Below are positions 18,083 to 28,651 of a stretch of DNA of 60,105 bases, piece by piece. The DNA is taken from contig JBLFWZ010000003.1 of the NCBI GenBank assembly GCA_047611905.1, positions 1 to 60,105 of the forward strand, given 5' to 3'. A program made the translations under genes and the position numbers. The notes beneath the pieces were generated by a model. The model did not search any database, was not told the DNA's origin, and was given only the letters and a program-made list of their open reading frames with translations. Each line of letters begins with the position of its first letter. Within the stretch, counting starts at the first letter, position 1. The stretch is from Gammaproteobacteria bacterium (GTDB taxonomy: Bacteria > Pseudomonadota > Gammaproteobacteria > Ga0077536).

Positions 18083-19999
18083 TCACGGTAAAGGATCTAG
18101 CAAGTAGTTGTCACCCTCGCGCATGTTATCTTTCAGCCAGGTCGACGAGTCTGGAGATGTCGGTTGGATTTCGCTAACGGGGCCGCGCTCGGTGGACAAT
18201 TTCGCACGTCGCGCAAGCGTTGCCTCCGTGTCTAATTCGAATGTAGCCGCATCCATCACGACACCATAGACGTCCCGTCCGGTCGCGAAACTGATAATTT
18301 CGTCGCGCACGTGATCACAGACTTTCTGTGCATCTCGGCTCAGCGGATCGCCGTAACCACCACCGCCGGAAGACACGCCAACCCACATTTCTCCAGGTTC
18401 GATTTTCATGTAGCCCTTACTCGAACAATAGTCGCGTTTCCCACTATCCAAGTATTCGCGATAATTGCCGCCGCCGATGCCGGCTGTGCCACCGAATAAG
18501 CCATACGGTGGATTCGCTGCACCATCACCGGTGGCGTGACATTCCATCGGCGTGTCGTACGGTCGGACTTCAATGCGGATACCGGTGCCGCCCATGGTCT
18601 CGCCGTGTCCCATGGAATCCGTTTCGACTTCGTGGTGATCCATCATGATCGGATAGAGCAGCTCGCTCATTTCTGTGCTGATAATTTTTAGTCCGCCCAT
18701 TCCCGAAGACGTCATGATCAACGGCCATCCGTCGGCGTTTTTCGAAGCGCCGCCACCGGAACCCCCATTAAAGAACATGGCGGCCCAATCGGCGGGCTCG
18801 GCACCACGTTGATCGACACCGGAAATCGATGGGATGCAGTGAAACCCACCATAGCCAGCCGAAGAACGTTCCGGCGCTGCTTTCGCAAGTGCTTTCCAGA
18901 CGACTTCTTGTTCTTGTCCTGCCGGGCACAAGGTTGCCATTGCTGTTGAAGCAGGATATTTCGCTTTTACGATGGAGCCTTCCGGCGCCTCGCAAGTGAT
19001 GTGCCGCAAACACCCATCGTTGTGCGGGATATCCGGATCGATTGCAGTGAGGATCGGAATACCAGCAGACGCTTCCATGACACCTTGTGTGCCATTGGTA
19101 CCGCCCGCGCCTTGCGGTGCACTGCCCGCGAAATCGACGTGAATGTGATCGTCTTTGACGGTTACCGCTGCTTTTACGACCAGGTTCGTATTACCCATGC
19201 CGTCCGAATCGACCCAAGACTCCGCTTCGTAGGTGCCATCTGGAATGTTGCGGATCTCTTCGCTCGTTCGGCGATCCGAGTAATCTAGAATCGCTTCAAT
19301 GTAATTTGATAACTCGGCCGGGCCATATTCATCGACTAATTCAACCATGCGCCGTCGACCGGTCCAGATGGAGCCGAGTTGTGCTTTTAAATCGCCGTAC
19401 AACAGTTCGCGATAGCGCACGTTGGCGAGATACATGTTGATCACATCCTGGCGCGGCTCGCCTTTTTCGTAAAATTTGATCGGCGGCAGTTGCAAGGCTT
19501 CTTGCCAGACGTCTTTCGCACTCGGTGCCACGCTGGTTGCTTCATACGCGCCGCAATCGAGTTGGTGTCCTTTGGTGACAGCCCAAAACAAATGTTCGCC
19601 TTTGTAAAATACCGGGCACGCAGTGACGAAATCGCCGACATGGGTATTGCCGCTGTAGGGATCGTTACTAACGATGACGTCGCCGTCGTAAACGTTGCCC
19701 TCAAAGGCTTTCACCATCGAGCGCAAAATCACGTGTAAAGAGTTCGTATGAATGGGCAACGCGTCCATCATGCAGACTTGTCGAGCGTGGACGTCATAGA
19801 TCGCGCAAGAAAAGTCACGCGCCAACGCGAGTATGGAAGTCCACGAGGTGTATTCCAACGCCAAAGTCATTTCGCGCGCAATGGTGTTGAAGCGGTTCAA
19901 AATTACCGAGAACGTTATCGGGTCGATGTTTTCGTCCGCGAGTAGTCCGAAATCATCTTGTCCCAATCCAAGCTTGTCGACAGGGTCTATTGTGCTCAT
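18083..19999 (-). CDS. hyuB: Hydantoinase B/oxoprolinase family protein (HyuB-like subunit)
   Basis: 638 aa. The N-terminus DPITFSVILNRFNTIAREMTLALEYTSWTSILALARDFSCAIYD is the typical HyuB start. Confidence 0.85.
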   Translation of the reverse strand: MSTIDPVDKLGLGQDDFGLLADENIDPITFSVILNRFNTIAREMTLALEYTSWTSILALARDFSCAIYDVHARQVCMMDALPIHTNSLHVILRSMVKAFEGNVYDGDVIVSNDPYSGNTHVGDFVTACPVFYKGEHLFWAVTKGHQLDCGAYEATSVAPSAKDVWQEALQLPPIKFYEKGEPRQDVINMYLANVRYRELLYGDLKAQLGSIWTGRRRMVELVDEYGPAELSNYIEAILDYSDRRTSEEIRNIPDGTYEAESWVDSDGMGNTNLVVKAAVTVKDDHIHVDFAGSAPQGAGGTNGTQGVMEASAGIPILTAIDPDIPHNDGCLRHITCEAPEGSIVKAKYPASTAMATLCPAGQEQEVVWKALAKAAPERSSAGYGGFHCIPSISGVDQRGAEPADWAAMFFNGGSGGGASKNADGWPLIMTSSGMGGLKIISTEMSELLYPIMMDHHEVETDSMGHGETMGGTGIRIEVRPYDTPMECHATGDGAANPPYGLFGGTAGIGGGNYREYLDSGKRDYCSSKGYMKIEPGEMWVGVSSGGGGYGDPLSRDAQKVCDHVRDEIISFATGRDVYGVVMDAATFELDTEATLARRAKLSTERGPVSEIQPTSPDSSTWLKDNMREGDNYLLDPLP

Positions 20000-20112
20000 G
20001 GTTTACTCTCCATTTTCGCGCCGGTCCGACAATCGGCAAATCGTAATGCAGTTTCGGACCGCGCCTAGTACTCCGACAGTACAATATGGTCGGAGAAATA
20101 ACGGTTGCGTCT

Positions 20113-22176
20113 TTATATGTTTAGTACAAAATCGCCAAATTCGTTAACTTCCAGATTTTGGCCCGGGAATACGACGATGGTGGTGTTGGCTTGCTCGACC
20201 ACTGCCGGACCGACGACAGTCATTGACCGCTCCAATCTATCACCATCGTAGATGTTGGTCGTGCGATAGTCATCAATATCGCCAAAATACACTCTTCGCG
20301 TGCCTTTTTCCGCCACTGAGAGCGGTTTGTCGGTCTCTTCAAACCGCGCAATTGCAGGCGAATCGACTTTGCGATGAGCGACCGCCCGCCAGTGAAATAA
20401 ATCCACCGGGCTCTCGGCAACATTATAAGTGAACATGCGCTCATGGAGGTCATGGAAAGTCTGCTCCATTTCCTTGATCGAGCTTTCGGTTAGGTCTCCC
20501 AAGGATGGTATCGGAATGGTTAATTCATGAATTTGTGCCGGATACTTAGCATCTGCAAACCGGCTTATCGTTACTTCGCCTTCTGGAAAGCCCTCTTCGA
20601 TCATGTCGTCCATGGCGCGACGTTCCAACTCGGCGAGCACTTTGTTAGCGCCAACTAAATCAAAGCGTCCGGTATTCGTGGCAAACGCTTGCATGTAGTC
20701 GTGACGTACGTCGCTTACGATCATGCCGAACGAACAAAATACGCCGCTGTAACGCGGGATGATGGCTTTCGTCATCCCTAAAGTTCGAGCCAACATGCCC
20801 GCGTGGATAGCACCCGCGCCACCGCCAACCACTAGCGCGTAATGACGGGGGTCGATGCCGCGTTCGATCGAGACAACTCTAATCGCGTCGACCATGTTGT
20901 TATTAATGATGCGAAAGATGCCGTGCGCGGCCTCGGGAACACTTAAGTTAAGTGGTTGCGCCACGTGCATGTCGACGGCGCGTGCCGATAGTTGTGGGTC
21001 GATGTCTCGACGTCCGCCGAGAAAATATTCCGGGTTGATGTAGCCGAGGACGACATTCGCGTCTGTGCATGTTGGCGATGTTCCACCTTGGTCGTAGCAC
21101 GCCGGTCCGGGTTCTGCACCTGCACTTTGCGGTCCGACTTGTAGCGCCCCACCTTTATCGATCCAAGCGATGCTGCCGCCTCCGGCGCCGATTGAATGCA
21201 CATCGACTGCCGCAACTCCCACCGGCATTTCATGCACCCGAAGTTCGCGGGTAAGCTCAGGCGCGCCCTTACTGACCATGGACACATCGAAGCTCGTACC
21301 GCCCATGTCAACTGTGATCACATCAAGCATGCCGATTCGCTCGGAGCAGTACAAACCCGCCACGGGCGCTGCCGCCGGCCCTGAGGCGAGCGAGTAAATC
21401 GGTCGTTGGAGGATTTTATTCACCGTCGAACAACCACCGTTGAGTTGCATGATCAACAGTGGATGTTGAAATCCATTGCCGTGCAAAAATTCTTCTAACT
21501 CAATCATGTAACGCGAAATACCCGGCAACACATAGGCACTTAAAATCGTGCAAGTCGTGCGTTCCCATTCGCGGATCATGGGTAAGACATCAGAACTCAA
21601 CACGACCGGGATCCCGGGTAGTTCCTCTGCAAGAATCGTTTTCACTCGTTGCTCGTGATCGGGATTGATAATCGACCACAGGAACGCGACGGCGACCGAT
21701 TCAACCTTTTCGCTGCGCAGCTTCTTGGCTGCCGCCCGGACGGAATCCTCGTCAAGCGCTTTAGTGACTTCACCGGAATAATTCACCCGTTCCGTTATTG
21801 GAATGCGTAGATAGCGAGGAATGAAATCTTCCGGTGGTGGTAACTGGATGTTGTAGCGCTCCGGCTTAAAGCCGTCGCGAAAATGGATGACATCGCGAAA
21901 ACCTTCGGTACACAGTAATGCTGCTTTCGGGCCATTGCGTTGGATGACCGTATTGGTCGCGATCGTTTGGCCGTGCACAAACAGGTCGATTTTCTTCAGG
22001 AATTCTTCGAGTCCGGTACCGGATTGCTCAGCGAGCGCGCGGATCCCTTGTTGGATGGCCTGGGCGGGATCGCGTGGTGTCGTCGATTCCTTCCATAACT
22101 TTATTTGTCCGTCTCCGTCGAGCAATGAAAAGTCGGTAAATGTTCCGCCAATGTCGACGCCGAGTACGTACTGCAT
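20113..22176 (-). CDS. hyuA: Hydantoinase A/oxoprolinase family protein (HyuA-like, ATP-binding subunit)
   Basis: MQYVLGVDIGGTFTDFSLL is the ASKHA-type N-terminus typical of HyuA. The ORF track extends to 22290, but those 38 extra residues are unlike the family, so I chose ATG at 22176. Confidence 0.85.
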   Translation of the reverse strand: MQYVLGVDIGGTFTDFSLLDGDGQIKLWKESTTPRDPAQAIQQGIRALAEQSGTGLEEFLKKIDLFVHGQTIATNTVIQRNGPKAALLCTEGFRDVIHFRDGFKPERYNIQLPPPEDFIPRYLRIPITERVNYSGEVTKALDEDSVRAAAKKLRSEKVESVAVAFLWSIINPDHEQRVKTILAEELPGIPVVLSSDVLPMIREWERTTCTILSAYVLPGISRYMIELEEFLHGNGFQHPLLIMQLNGGCSTVNKILQRPIYSLASGPAAAPVAGLYCSERIGMLDVITVDMGGTSFDVSMVSKGAPELTRELRVHEMPVGVAAVDVHSIGAGGGSIAWIDKGGALQVGPQSAGAEPGPACYDQGGTSPTCTDANVVLGYINPEYFLGGRRDIDPQLSARAVDMHVAQPLNLSVPEAAHGIFRIINNNMVDAIRVVSIERGIDPRHYALVVGGGAGAIHAGMLARTLGMTKAIIPRYSGVFCSFGMIVSDVRHDYMQAFATNTGRFDLVGANKVLAELERRAMDDMIEEGFPEGEVTISRFADAKYPAQIHELTIPIPSLGDLTESSIKEMEQTFHDLHERMFTYNVAESPVDLFHWRAVAHRKVDSPAIARFEETDKPLSVAEKGTRRVYFGDIDDYRTTNIYDGDRLERSMTVVGPAVVEQANTTIVVFPGQNLEVNEFGDFVLNI

Positions 22177-22501
22177 ATGAGATCCTCGTATTAAAAATCT
22201 TAGCTGGGTCCGGTTCCGCTCGTGAACGAAAATATCGGCGCTCGGCGGCTTGAACGTGCGTTCAAAGCAGCGATAAATGCATGTCTGCACGATCAGGCGT
22301 TCGCCATGATAAGCGACGAAAAATCACTTTTACCGCACATCCCCCATTATTTCATTAGTGAAATAATGGCCGAGTATTTTCACTTTTGTGACTATACTGA
22401 CGGTACAATCATTACGCAATGCATATCAAATTGACACTAATTGCGGGTTCTATCGGTGCAGCGAGCACTTGGTTGAACCGCGACCAGTAGGGGGAAGGAC
22501 A

Positions 22502-24436
22502 TTGTTCACTAAGCTTTTCGAACCGACACGCATTGGCAGCATGCACCTAAAGAATCGTATCGTGCGCGCCGCAAACACCACACTCTACGCCTCGCCTAAA
22601 GATGGCGCGGTCTCCCAGTTGCTGCTCGACCATTACGCGGTGGAGGCAGCTGGTGGAGTTGGTCTTTGCTTAGTCGAGGCTTCGTCGGTAGAAGTGAATT
22701 CTCGATTGCAGTACGGCGAGCCGACTTTGGATTCAGAGTACGCGCTCGGCGGTTTATGGAGTCTGGCCGAGACCATTAAAATGAATGGTGCGAAAGCCGG
22801 CATTCAACTCATCCATGCTGGGCGCCAATGCTTAGTCCAAGAGAAGATGCCGGTCGCCCCATCACCAAGACAGGACGGTTATTTTCGCGTCCAGCCCCGC
22901 GCCGTAAATGAAGAAGAGATTGAAGTCATCCTCGATGCGTTCGCAGATGCGGTCGATCGCGCCCAACGGGCCGGCTTCGATTGCGTCGAATATCACGGCG
23001 CACACGGTTACCTACCGGCGGAATTTTTATCGCGAGAGGCGAACCACCGGACCGACAAGTGGGGCGGTTCGCTTGAAAACCGCGCGCGTTTTGGACTCGA
23101 AATTGTGCGTCGAAGCCGACAAAAGGTCGGTGCACGCTATCCTTTAATTTACAAAATTAGCGCCGAAGACTACGTCGAAGACGGGGTCACCCTCGAGGAG
23201 TCGATTCAGTTTTGCAAATGGCTTGAGGAGGCCGGCATCGACGCCATCGAAGTGTCTGGCGGTACGGGCGAAGTTTGGGAACATACTTGCGCACCGACCC
23301 ATTTCCCGTACGGCAACTTAGTCCATCTTGCCGATGCCATTAAAGCAGAAGTGAATGTGCCGATCATTGCTGTTGGCGCGATTAACGAACCGGAATTCGC
23401 TGAGCAGATCCTGCAAGACGGCAAGGCCGATCTCGTGGCTTTGTGCCGCGCAATCACAGCCGATCCCGATTGGGCCAATAAAGCGGCGGCGGGCAAGCCT
23501 GAGGAAATTCGACCCTGCATTCGCTGTAACGATTGCCTAGACAGTATTTTGCCAGGCACCCCAATGCGCTGTCGGGTTAACTTCCTCGAAGGCCGCGAAT
23601 CCAGTTATGAGTTGAAACCGGCACGCGAATCTAAGAAAGTCGTAGTAATCGGCGGTGGCGCGGCAGGTATGGAAGCAGCACGCACCGCGCACTACCGTGG
23701 CCATGATGTGACCTTAATAGAGAAAGGACCGGAGCTCGGTGGGCTACTCATACCGGCTTGTGTAATTCCAGCCAAGCACGACTTGGACAAACTGTTTAAG
23801 TGGTACGTAAGCGAAGTGCGACGTCTACCGATCACCGTCATGACCGGAACCGAAGCGACACCGGCCTTGGTTAAAGAGCTCGGCGCTGATGCGGTTATTG
23901 TTGCCAGCGGCCACGGCGATCAGTCGAATATTCCGCGCGGCATAAAAGGTCTTGATCACCCTAACGTAATCACCACGATGGATTTACTAGAACACCGAGC
24001 GGAGATTCAAGACAGCATTGTTATCGGCGGAGGGTTCATGGGATGCGATATCTCTCAGCATATTGCGGGCGCCGGTAAAAAAGTCACCATGCTCACCCGT
24101 TACGATAGAGAACATATCGGCGGCACCGTCGGGTTTTTTACCCGCAATTCCTTGTTCGACTTACTCGCCAAAATGCATGTTGAGATCCGCGATCAGGTCA
24201 CCTACAAAGAAATCGTCGATGATGGCGTGATCGTCGAAACGCTCGACGGAGTAGAGGAACTAATTCCCGGCAAATGTGTTGTCATTGCAAATGGATTTAA
24301 GGTCGATCTCGACAGCCAAAATAAATGGCAGTCTTGCGCAGAGGAGGTGTACCTAGTCGGCAATTGCATTGACCCGGCGAATATCATGGGCACGACCCGT
24401 CAGGCGAACACTGCGGTCTATCGAATTGGAACTTAG
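22502..24436 (+). CDS. FMN / 4Fe-4S / FAD flavoprotein of the trimethylamine dehydrogenase - DgcA - 2,4-dienoyl-CoA reductase family
   Basis: It has an OYE-like barrel (LFEPTRIGSMHLKNRIVRAA, YHGAHGYLPAEFLS) and a Cys cluster PCIRCNDC...RC. A Rossmann motif follows (KKVVVIGGGAAGMEAA). The likely start is TTG 22502, preceded by GGGGGAAGGA; the ORF-track start 22388 adds a non-family leader. Confidence 0.8.
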   Translation: MFTKLFEPTRIGSMHLKNRIVRAANTTLYASPKDGAVSQLLLDHYAVEAAGGVGLCLVEASSVEVNSRLQYGEPTLDSEYALGGLWSLAETIKMNGAKAGIQLIHAGRQCLVQEKMPVAPSPRQDGYFRVQPRAVNEEEIEVILDAFADAVDRAQRAGFDCVEYHGAHGYLPAEFLSREANHRTDKWGGSLENRARFGLEIVRRSRQKVGARYPLIYKISAEDYVEDGVTLEESIQFCKWLEEAGIDAIEVSGGTGEVWEHTCAPTHFPYGNLVHLADAIKAEVNVPIIAVGAINEPEFAEQILQDGKADLVALCRAITADPDWANKAAAGKPEEIRPCIRCNDCLDSILPGTPMRCRVNFLEGRESSYELKPARESKKVVVIGGGAAGMEAARTAHYRGHDVTLIEKGPELGGLLIPACVIPAKHDLDKLFKWYVSEVRRLPITVMTGTEATPALVKELGADAVIVASGHGDQSNIPRGIKGLDHPNVITTMDLLEHRAEIQDSIVIGGGFMGCDISQHIAGAGKKVTMLTRYDREHIGGTVGFFTRNSLFDLLAKMHVEIRDQVTYKEIVDDGVIVETLDGVEELIPGKCVVIANGFKVDLDSQNKWQSCAEEVYLVGNCIDPANIMGTTRQANTAVYRIGT

Positions 24437-24445
24437 TAACTAGCA

Positions 24446-26899
24446 ATGACGGATAAAGAATTTCCCTCCCGCGCACGCGCCGTCGTTGTCGGCGGCGGCG
24501 TTATCGGATGTTCGACGGCTTATCACCTAGCCAAACTCGGTTGGGACGACGTCGTTTTGTTGGAACGCAAACAGATCAGCAGCGGCACAACTTGGCATGC
24601 CGCAGGGTTGATCACGACGTTGCGCGATACCGAAGCGCAAACTCGATTGGCGCAATATTCGCTGCAACTCTATAGCGATCTGGAAGTGGAAACTGGGCAA
24701 GCGACCGGTTTTATAAATTGTGGTTCGATCCAGATGGCGATGTCTGAAGACAAAGCGGAAGAAATGCGCCGTGGTTGCGCGATGGCGAGGACGTTCGGGG
24801 TCGAGAATCAGGAGATTTCACCTTCCGATGTTAAAGCGCTATTCCCGCTCGCCTATGTTGACGATTTGGTTTGCGGATTTCATTTCCCGGACGACGGAAG
24901 AGTGAACCCAGCTGACGTCGCCCAAGCACTAGCCAAAGGCGCGCGGCAACGCGGGGTCAAGATTATTGAGGACACCGCGGTCACGGAGGTGCTTTACCGT
25001 GGCAATCGCGCCGTTGGAGTACGGACAGACAAAGGTGATATTTCTGCCGAAGTGGTCGTCCTTTGCCCTGGCATGTGGGGCAGGGAAGTCGGCCTAATGG
25101 CCGGAGTCGATATACCTTTGCAGGCGGCTGAGCACTACTATTTAATCTCGGAACCCATCGACGGTGTACATAACCAATTGCCCATCTTGCGCGATCCCGA
25201 AAGAGGAGTTTACGCGCGTGAAGAAGCCGGCAAGATCATGCTTGGATTCTTCGAACCCGTCGCCGCACCGTGGGCAGTCGACGGCATCCCTAAGAATTTT
25301 TGTTTCGATGAAATTCAGCCGGATTGGGAACGCATGGAGCCGCATATAGAACTCGGCATGCAGCGTCTTCCCATTCTGTTCGACACCGGAATTCGACAAT
25401 TTTTCTGTGGACCGGAATCGTTCACCCCAGATCATAATTACTTAATGGGCCGTGCCCCATTCAAAGAGAATCTGTTCGTCGCGTGCGGATTTAATTCACT
25501 CGGCATCCTGTCCGGCGGCGGCGCGGGCAATGTGATGGCGCAATGGATTACCGATGGCATTCAGCCGATGGACATTTGGGATGTCGATATCCGTCGCATT
25601 CAGCCATGCCATAACAACAAATCCTTCGTCGTTGATCGGACTTACGAATCACTGGGTATTGGCTACCAGATGCATTGGCCGAACCGGCAATGGCAAACGG
25701 CTCGCAATGTTAAGCAATCGATCCTGCACGACCGTCTTTCCGCCGCGGGTGCCTGTTTCGGCGAATCCGCCGGCTGGGAGCGGCCCAACTGGTACGCAGA
25801 CCCGGGTCAGAGCGCCGCCTATGAGTATGATTTTGGACGCCAGAACTGGTTCGCTAACAACCGTGAAGAACATCGAGCTGTGCGTGAGGCGGTTGGCGTG
25901 TTCGAGCAATCTTCGTTTGCGAAACTCTTGATTCAAGGGCGCGATGCCGAGCGTGTACTCAATCGTATTGCAACCGCAGATGTTGCCGGCTCGGTTGGTA
26001 AGGTCGTATATACGCAATTCCTAAATCTGCTCGGCGGTGTGGAGGCCGATCTAACGATCACACGTTTGGCAGACGATCGATTCCTTGTTGTCACTGCCGC
26101 ATTCACCCAAACCCACGTGCAAGCCTGGATCGCCGAGAATATTCCTGACGATGCTTTTTGCGTGATCACCGACGTCACGGGATCCTACGTTATGTTAAAC
26201 GTACAAGGACCCAACTCGAGAGCCTTGCTGTCGGCAATATCGAGCACTGATTTCGCCACCAAAGCGTTTCCATTTGGAACCATGCAAGCCATTGAAATCG
26301 GTTATCAATCGGCGATGGCGGTGCGTATCTCTTACACGGGCGAACTGGGTTGGGAACTATACATACCTACGGAGATGGCCTTACCGGCCTACGATCAATT
26401 GGTCGCGGCCGGGCTGGAATTTGGCCTAAAACATTGCGGCTACCATACGCTCAATAGTTTGCGCATCGAAAAAGCTTATCGCGAATGGGCACACGACATG
26501 GGACCGAAGGAAACGCTGCTGCAAGCAGGTTTGGCTTTCACTGCCGCGTGGGACAAACCAGGTGGTTTTATCGGGCGCGAAGCACTTCTATCCGAGCGCG
26601 AAAAGGGCCCCTTGAAGTCTCGGCTTGTGCAATTCTTACTGACCGATCCGGAACCAATATTAACGCACAACGAGCCGATACTGCGCGACGGAGTGTCCGT
26701 CGGCTACACCTTGTCGTCAGGTTACGCGCACACCTTAGGCGGCTGCGCGGCACTTGGTTACGTCCATTGTGAACAGGGTGTCGATGCCGTGTTTGTAGAT
26801 TCGGGCCGCTTTCAAATCGAACAAGCTAATCGCACATACGACGCGCGTGCTTCACTGGCGCCAATGTATGATCCAAAAAGCCTTCGCACTCGCAGTTAA
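24446..26899 (+). CDS. Dimethylglycine/sarcosine dehydrogenase-family enzyme (FAD oxidoreductase fused to GcvT folate-binding domain)
   Basis: 817 aa. The N-terminus reads RAVVVGGGVIGCSTAYHLAKLG (DAO-type FAD). The C-terminal ~400 aa carry GcvT-like motifs (SSFAKLLIQG, SYTGELGWELY). Confidence 0.85.
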   Translation: MTDKEFPSRARAVVVGGGVIGCSTAYHLAKLGWDDVVLLERKQISSGTTWHAAGLITTLRDTEAQTRLAQYSLQLYSDLEVETGQATGFINCGSIQMAMSEDKAEEMRRGCAMARTFGVENQEISPSDVKALFPLAYVDDLVCGFHFPDDGRVNPADVAQALAKGARQRGVKIIEDTAVTEVLYRGNRAVGVRTDKGDISAEVVVLCPGMWGREVGLMAGVDIPLQAAEHYYLISEPIDGVHNQLPILRDPERGVYAREEAGKIMLGFFEPVAAPWAVDGIPKNFCFDEIQPDWERMEPHIELGMQRLPILFDTGIRQFFCGPESFTPDHNYLMGRAPFKENLFVACGFNSLGILSGGGAGNVMAQWITDGIQPMDIWDVDIRRIQPCHNNKSFVVDRTYESLGIGYQMHWPNRQWQTARNVKQSILHDRLSAAGACFGESAGWERPNWYADPGQSAAYEYDFGRQNWFANNREEHRAVREAVGVFEQSSFAKLLIQGRDAERVLNRIATADVAGSVGKVVYTQFLNLLGGVEADLTITRLADDRFLVVTAAFTQTHVQAWIAENIPDDAFCVITDVTGSYVMLNVQGPNSRALLSAISSTDFATKAFPFGTMQAIEIGYQSAMAVRISYTGELGWELYIPTEMALPAYDQLVAAGLEFGLKHCGYHTLNSLRIEKAYREWAHDMGPKETLLQAGLAFTAAWDKPGGFIGREALLSEREKGPLKSRLVQFLLTDPEPILTHNEPILRDGVSVGYTLSSGYAHTLGGCAALGYVHCEQGVDAVFVDSGRFQIEQANRTYDARASLAPMYDPKSLRTRS

Positions 26900-26971
26900 T
26901 CCGCAATATTTGCGACCCGTGTTTTGAACTGCCATTTTGCATCGGCTCTTTCGAAAGACGGTTGTCTCAAT

Positions 26972-27811
26972 CTACACTCGCTCTAGTTTCACGATCGGAT
27001 TTAAAGCGCCAAAGCGTTCGCGGCTCTTGTGCACGCCGCTGACTTTAAATTGACCGTGTTGCGCAACAAATATTTGCTCAACGTCAGCTGCTTGCAATAA
27101 GTGATATCGAGCGCTGCTGCCCTTGTGGTTTTCGAGTGCAAGTACATTGTCGATTGGCCATCCTTGATCGATTGCTAGGTGGCGGAGATCGTGATGCGCA
27201 AAATCAGAAATAACCGACCACACATCGTGCGGCCGCAGACCTTCGGCAACCGATGTCTGCATCGCGACCCACAGGCGGAGTTTCAGCGCGCTTAAGCTCG
27301 CGATCCTGCGGTGCTTTAAATCGAGGAGTACGTCGTCAACCGTTTCCATGCGTCCGTCGCTACAGAACAACCGAACGAGTAATTGCCCGCCGGGTCTCAA
27401 TATTGTCGACAATTTTCTCGCGAGTGCGGTCTGTTGATCAGGATACGCGAGTAAGCCAAGTCCACCGTCGCAAAACGCGATGTCGAATGACGCTGCCGGA
27501 AAATCCATTGAATCCCAGCTCGACCATTGCACTTCGTCGACGTTTCCGGGCCACACGTAGGTAATCATGTCCTGAGAACGATCGACCGCCCTCCACACAG
27601 TCGTCGGTGGTACGCGTAAAGAACGAATTTCGGGTGTCACACCGAGCACTAATATCCGTAACGGTTTGGAGGTTTCCAGGCCATCGAGGGCGGATTGATA
27701 AATAGCGAGATCGAAGCTCGACGGACGCAACGGCGGGGTTACCTGATGCCAGATCCGCGCGATATGCGGCCAGTGCGCATTACGATTCGAGGTTGGCTTA
27801 GTTTCTTGCAA
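26972..27811 (-). CDS. Class I SAM-dependent methyltransferase-like protein
   Basis: 279 aa. The spacing of LRILVLGVTPE (motif I-like), AVD, FDIAFCDGGLGLL and LRPGGQLLVRLF follows the Rossmann-fold methyltransferase order, although motif I is degenerate. TTG start. Confidence 0.5.
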   Translation of the reverse strand: MQETKPTSNRNAHWPHIARIWHQVTPPLRPSSFDLAIYQSALDGLETSKPLRILVLGVTPEIRSLRVPPTTVWRAVDRSQDMITYVWPGNVDEVQWSSWDSMDFPAASFDIAFCDGGLGLLAYPDQQTALARKLSTILRPGGQLLVRLFCSDGRMETVDDVLLDLKHRRIASLSALKLRLWVAMQTSVAEGLRPHDVWSVISDFAHHDLRHLAIDQGWPIDNVLALENHKGSSARYHLLQAADVEQIFVAQHGQFKVSGVHKSRERFGALNPIVKLERV

Positions 27812-27838
27812 GGTCGGGTCTTTGATTAGGTGGCATGT

Positions 27839-28651
27839 CTAGCGATACGCCGCCACGGCTTCAACGTCACCAAGCACGTCATCAAATTTGCGCCGGTAAG
27901 CCAGCAATTGTTTCGCCGATAAAAATTCTTCACCTTCTCCACGTTGCCCGCGGCGCAAGAACGCGGCCGATTTAATCTTATACGGCGAGTCAGCTGCAGC
28001 CGGAAAATGCGAGGCTTGAGGGCCGAGCTGCGCTTCATGGATTTTCATGAAACTAAATGTCGATCGTTCACGAACGCGCGCCATCACGGTTTCGTCAACG
28101 GCGAGGTCGCAAAATTTCGCTAGCCCCGTGACGCAGCGTTCGAAGTCTTCGAGCAGATCTTCGTACTTGACGACGATCACAGGTCGGTCCAGCCGATTGG
28201 CAGTCCAATCCTTAACGTGCGCAAACCAATTGTAATTGCCGTCATTAAGGAATTCTTCGAAATGGAGGTCGAAGCTTCCTTCGAAACCTTGGAAATTACG
28301 TCGATGATGATACCAAGAGACTGCCACGTCTTTGCCGTCTCGAATGACATAAACAGTTTTTCCTAGAGAATGCGTCGCCATGAAAGCGTAATCGTTGTGT
28401 GTTTTCAAGATGCGCGGATTGGGTGGATCAGCGGGGGCAATGCCGCGTAGTGCAGCGTAATAAATCCACGGCGAGACATCGAATAAATGCTCGAAAGTCA
28501 TGTCACCGCAGGTCGTTAATTGATAGAGGATCATTTGCATCCAAGTCGTCCCCGACTTGGAAAACGTCGCCACCCAGATGTCCGAATCACGCGATCCGAA
28601 CTGCTCGAGGTATCGGCGATAGCGCTCGGCGATTTCTAAACCTACCATCAT
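27839..28651 (-). CDS. PAPS-dependent sulfotransferase (cytosolic Sulfotransfer_1 type)
   Basis: FSKSGTTWMQMILYQL matches the 5'-phosphosulfate-binding loop (PKSGTTW). VIRDGKDVAVSWYHH matches the 3'-phosphate-binding motif (R.pKDv.vS.yh). Confidence 0.8.
   Translation of the reverse strand: MMVGLEIAERYRRYLEQFGSRDSDIWVATFSKSGTTWMQMILYQLTTCGDMTFEHLFDVSPWIYYAALRGIAPADPPNPRILKTHNDYAFMATHSLGKTVYVIRDGKDVAVSWYHHRRNFQGFEGSFDLHFEEFLNDGNYNWFAHVKDWTANRLDRPVIVVKYEDLLEDFERCVTGLAKFCDLAVDETVMARVRERSTFSFMKIHEAQLGPQASHFPAAADSPYKIKSAAFLRRGQRGEGEEFLSAKQLLAYRRKFDDVLGDVEAVAAYR

Noticed and set aside
20113-22290. N-terminal extensions proposed by the ORF track for hyuA (to 22290), the TMADH-like gene (from 22388), the Fpg-like gene (from 14491), LysR (to 42595), the porin (to 55694) and DUF3095 (from 51034).
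   Set aside because: In each case the family N-terminal signature starts at a downstream in-frame start codon, and the extension has non-protein-like composition or overlaps the divergent neighbour. Shorter coordinates are used in the feature list; true starts remain unverified.
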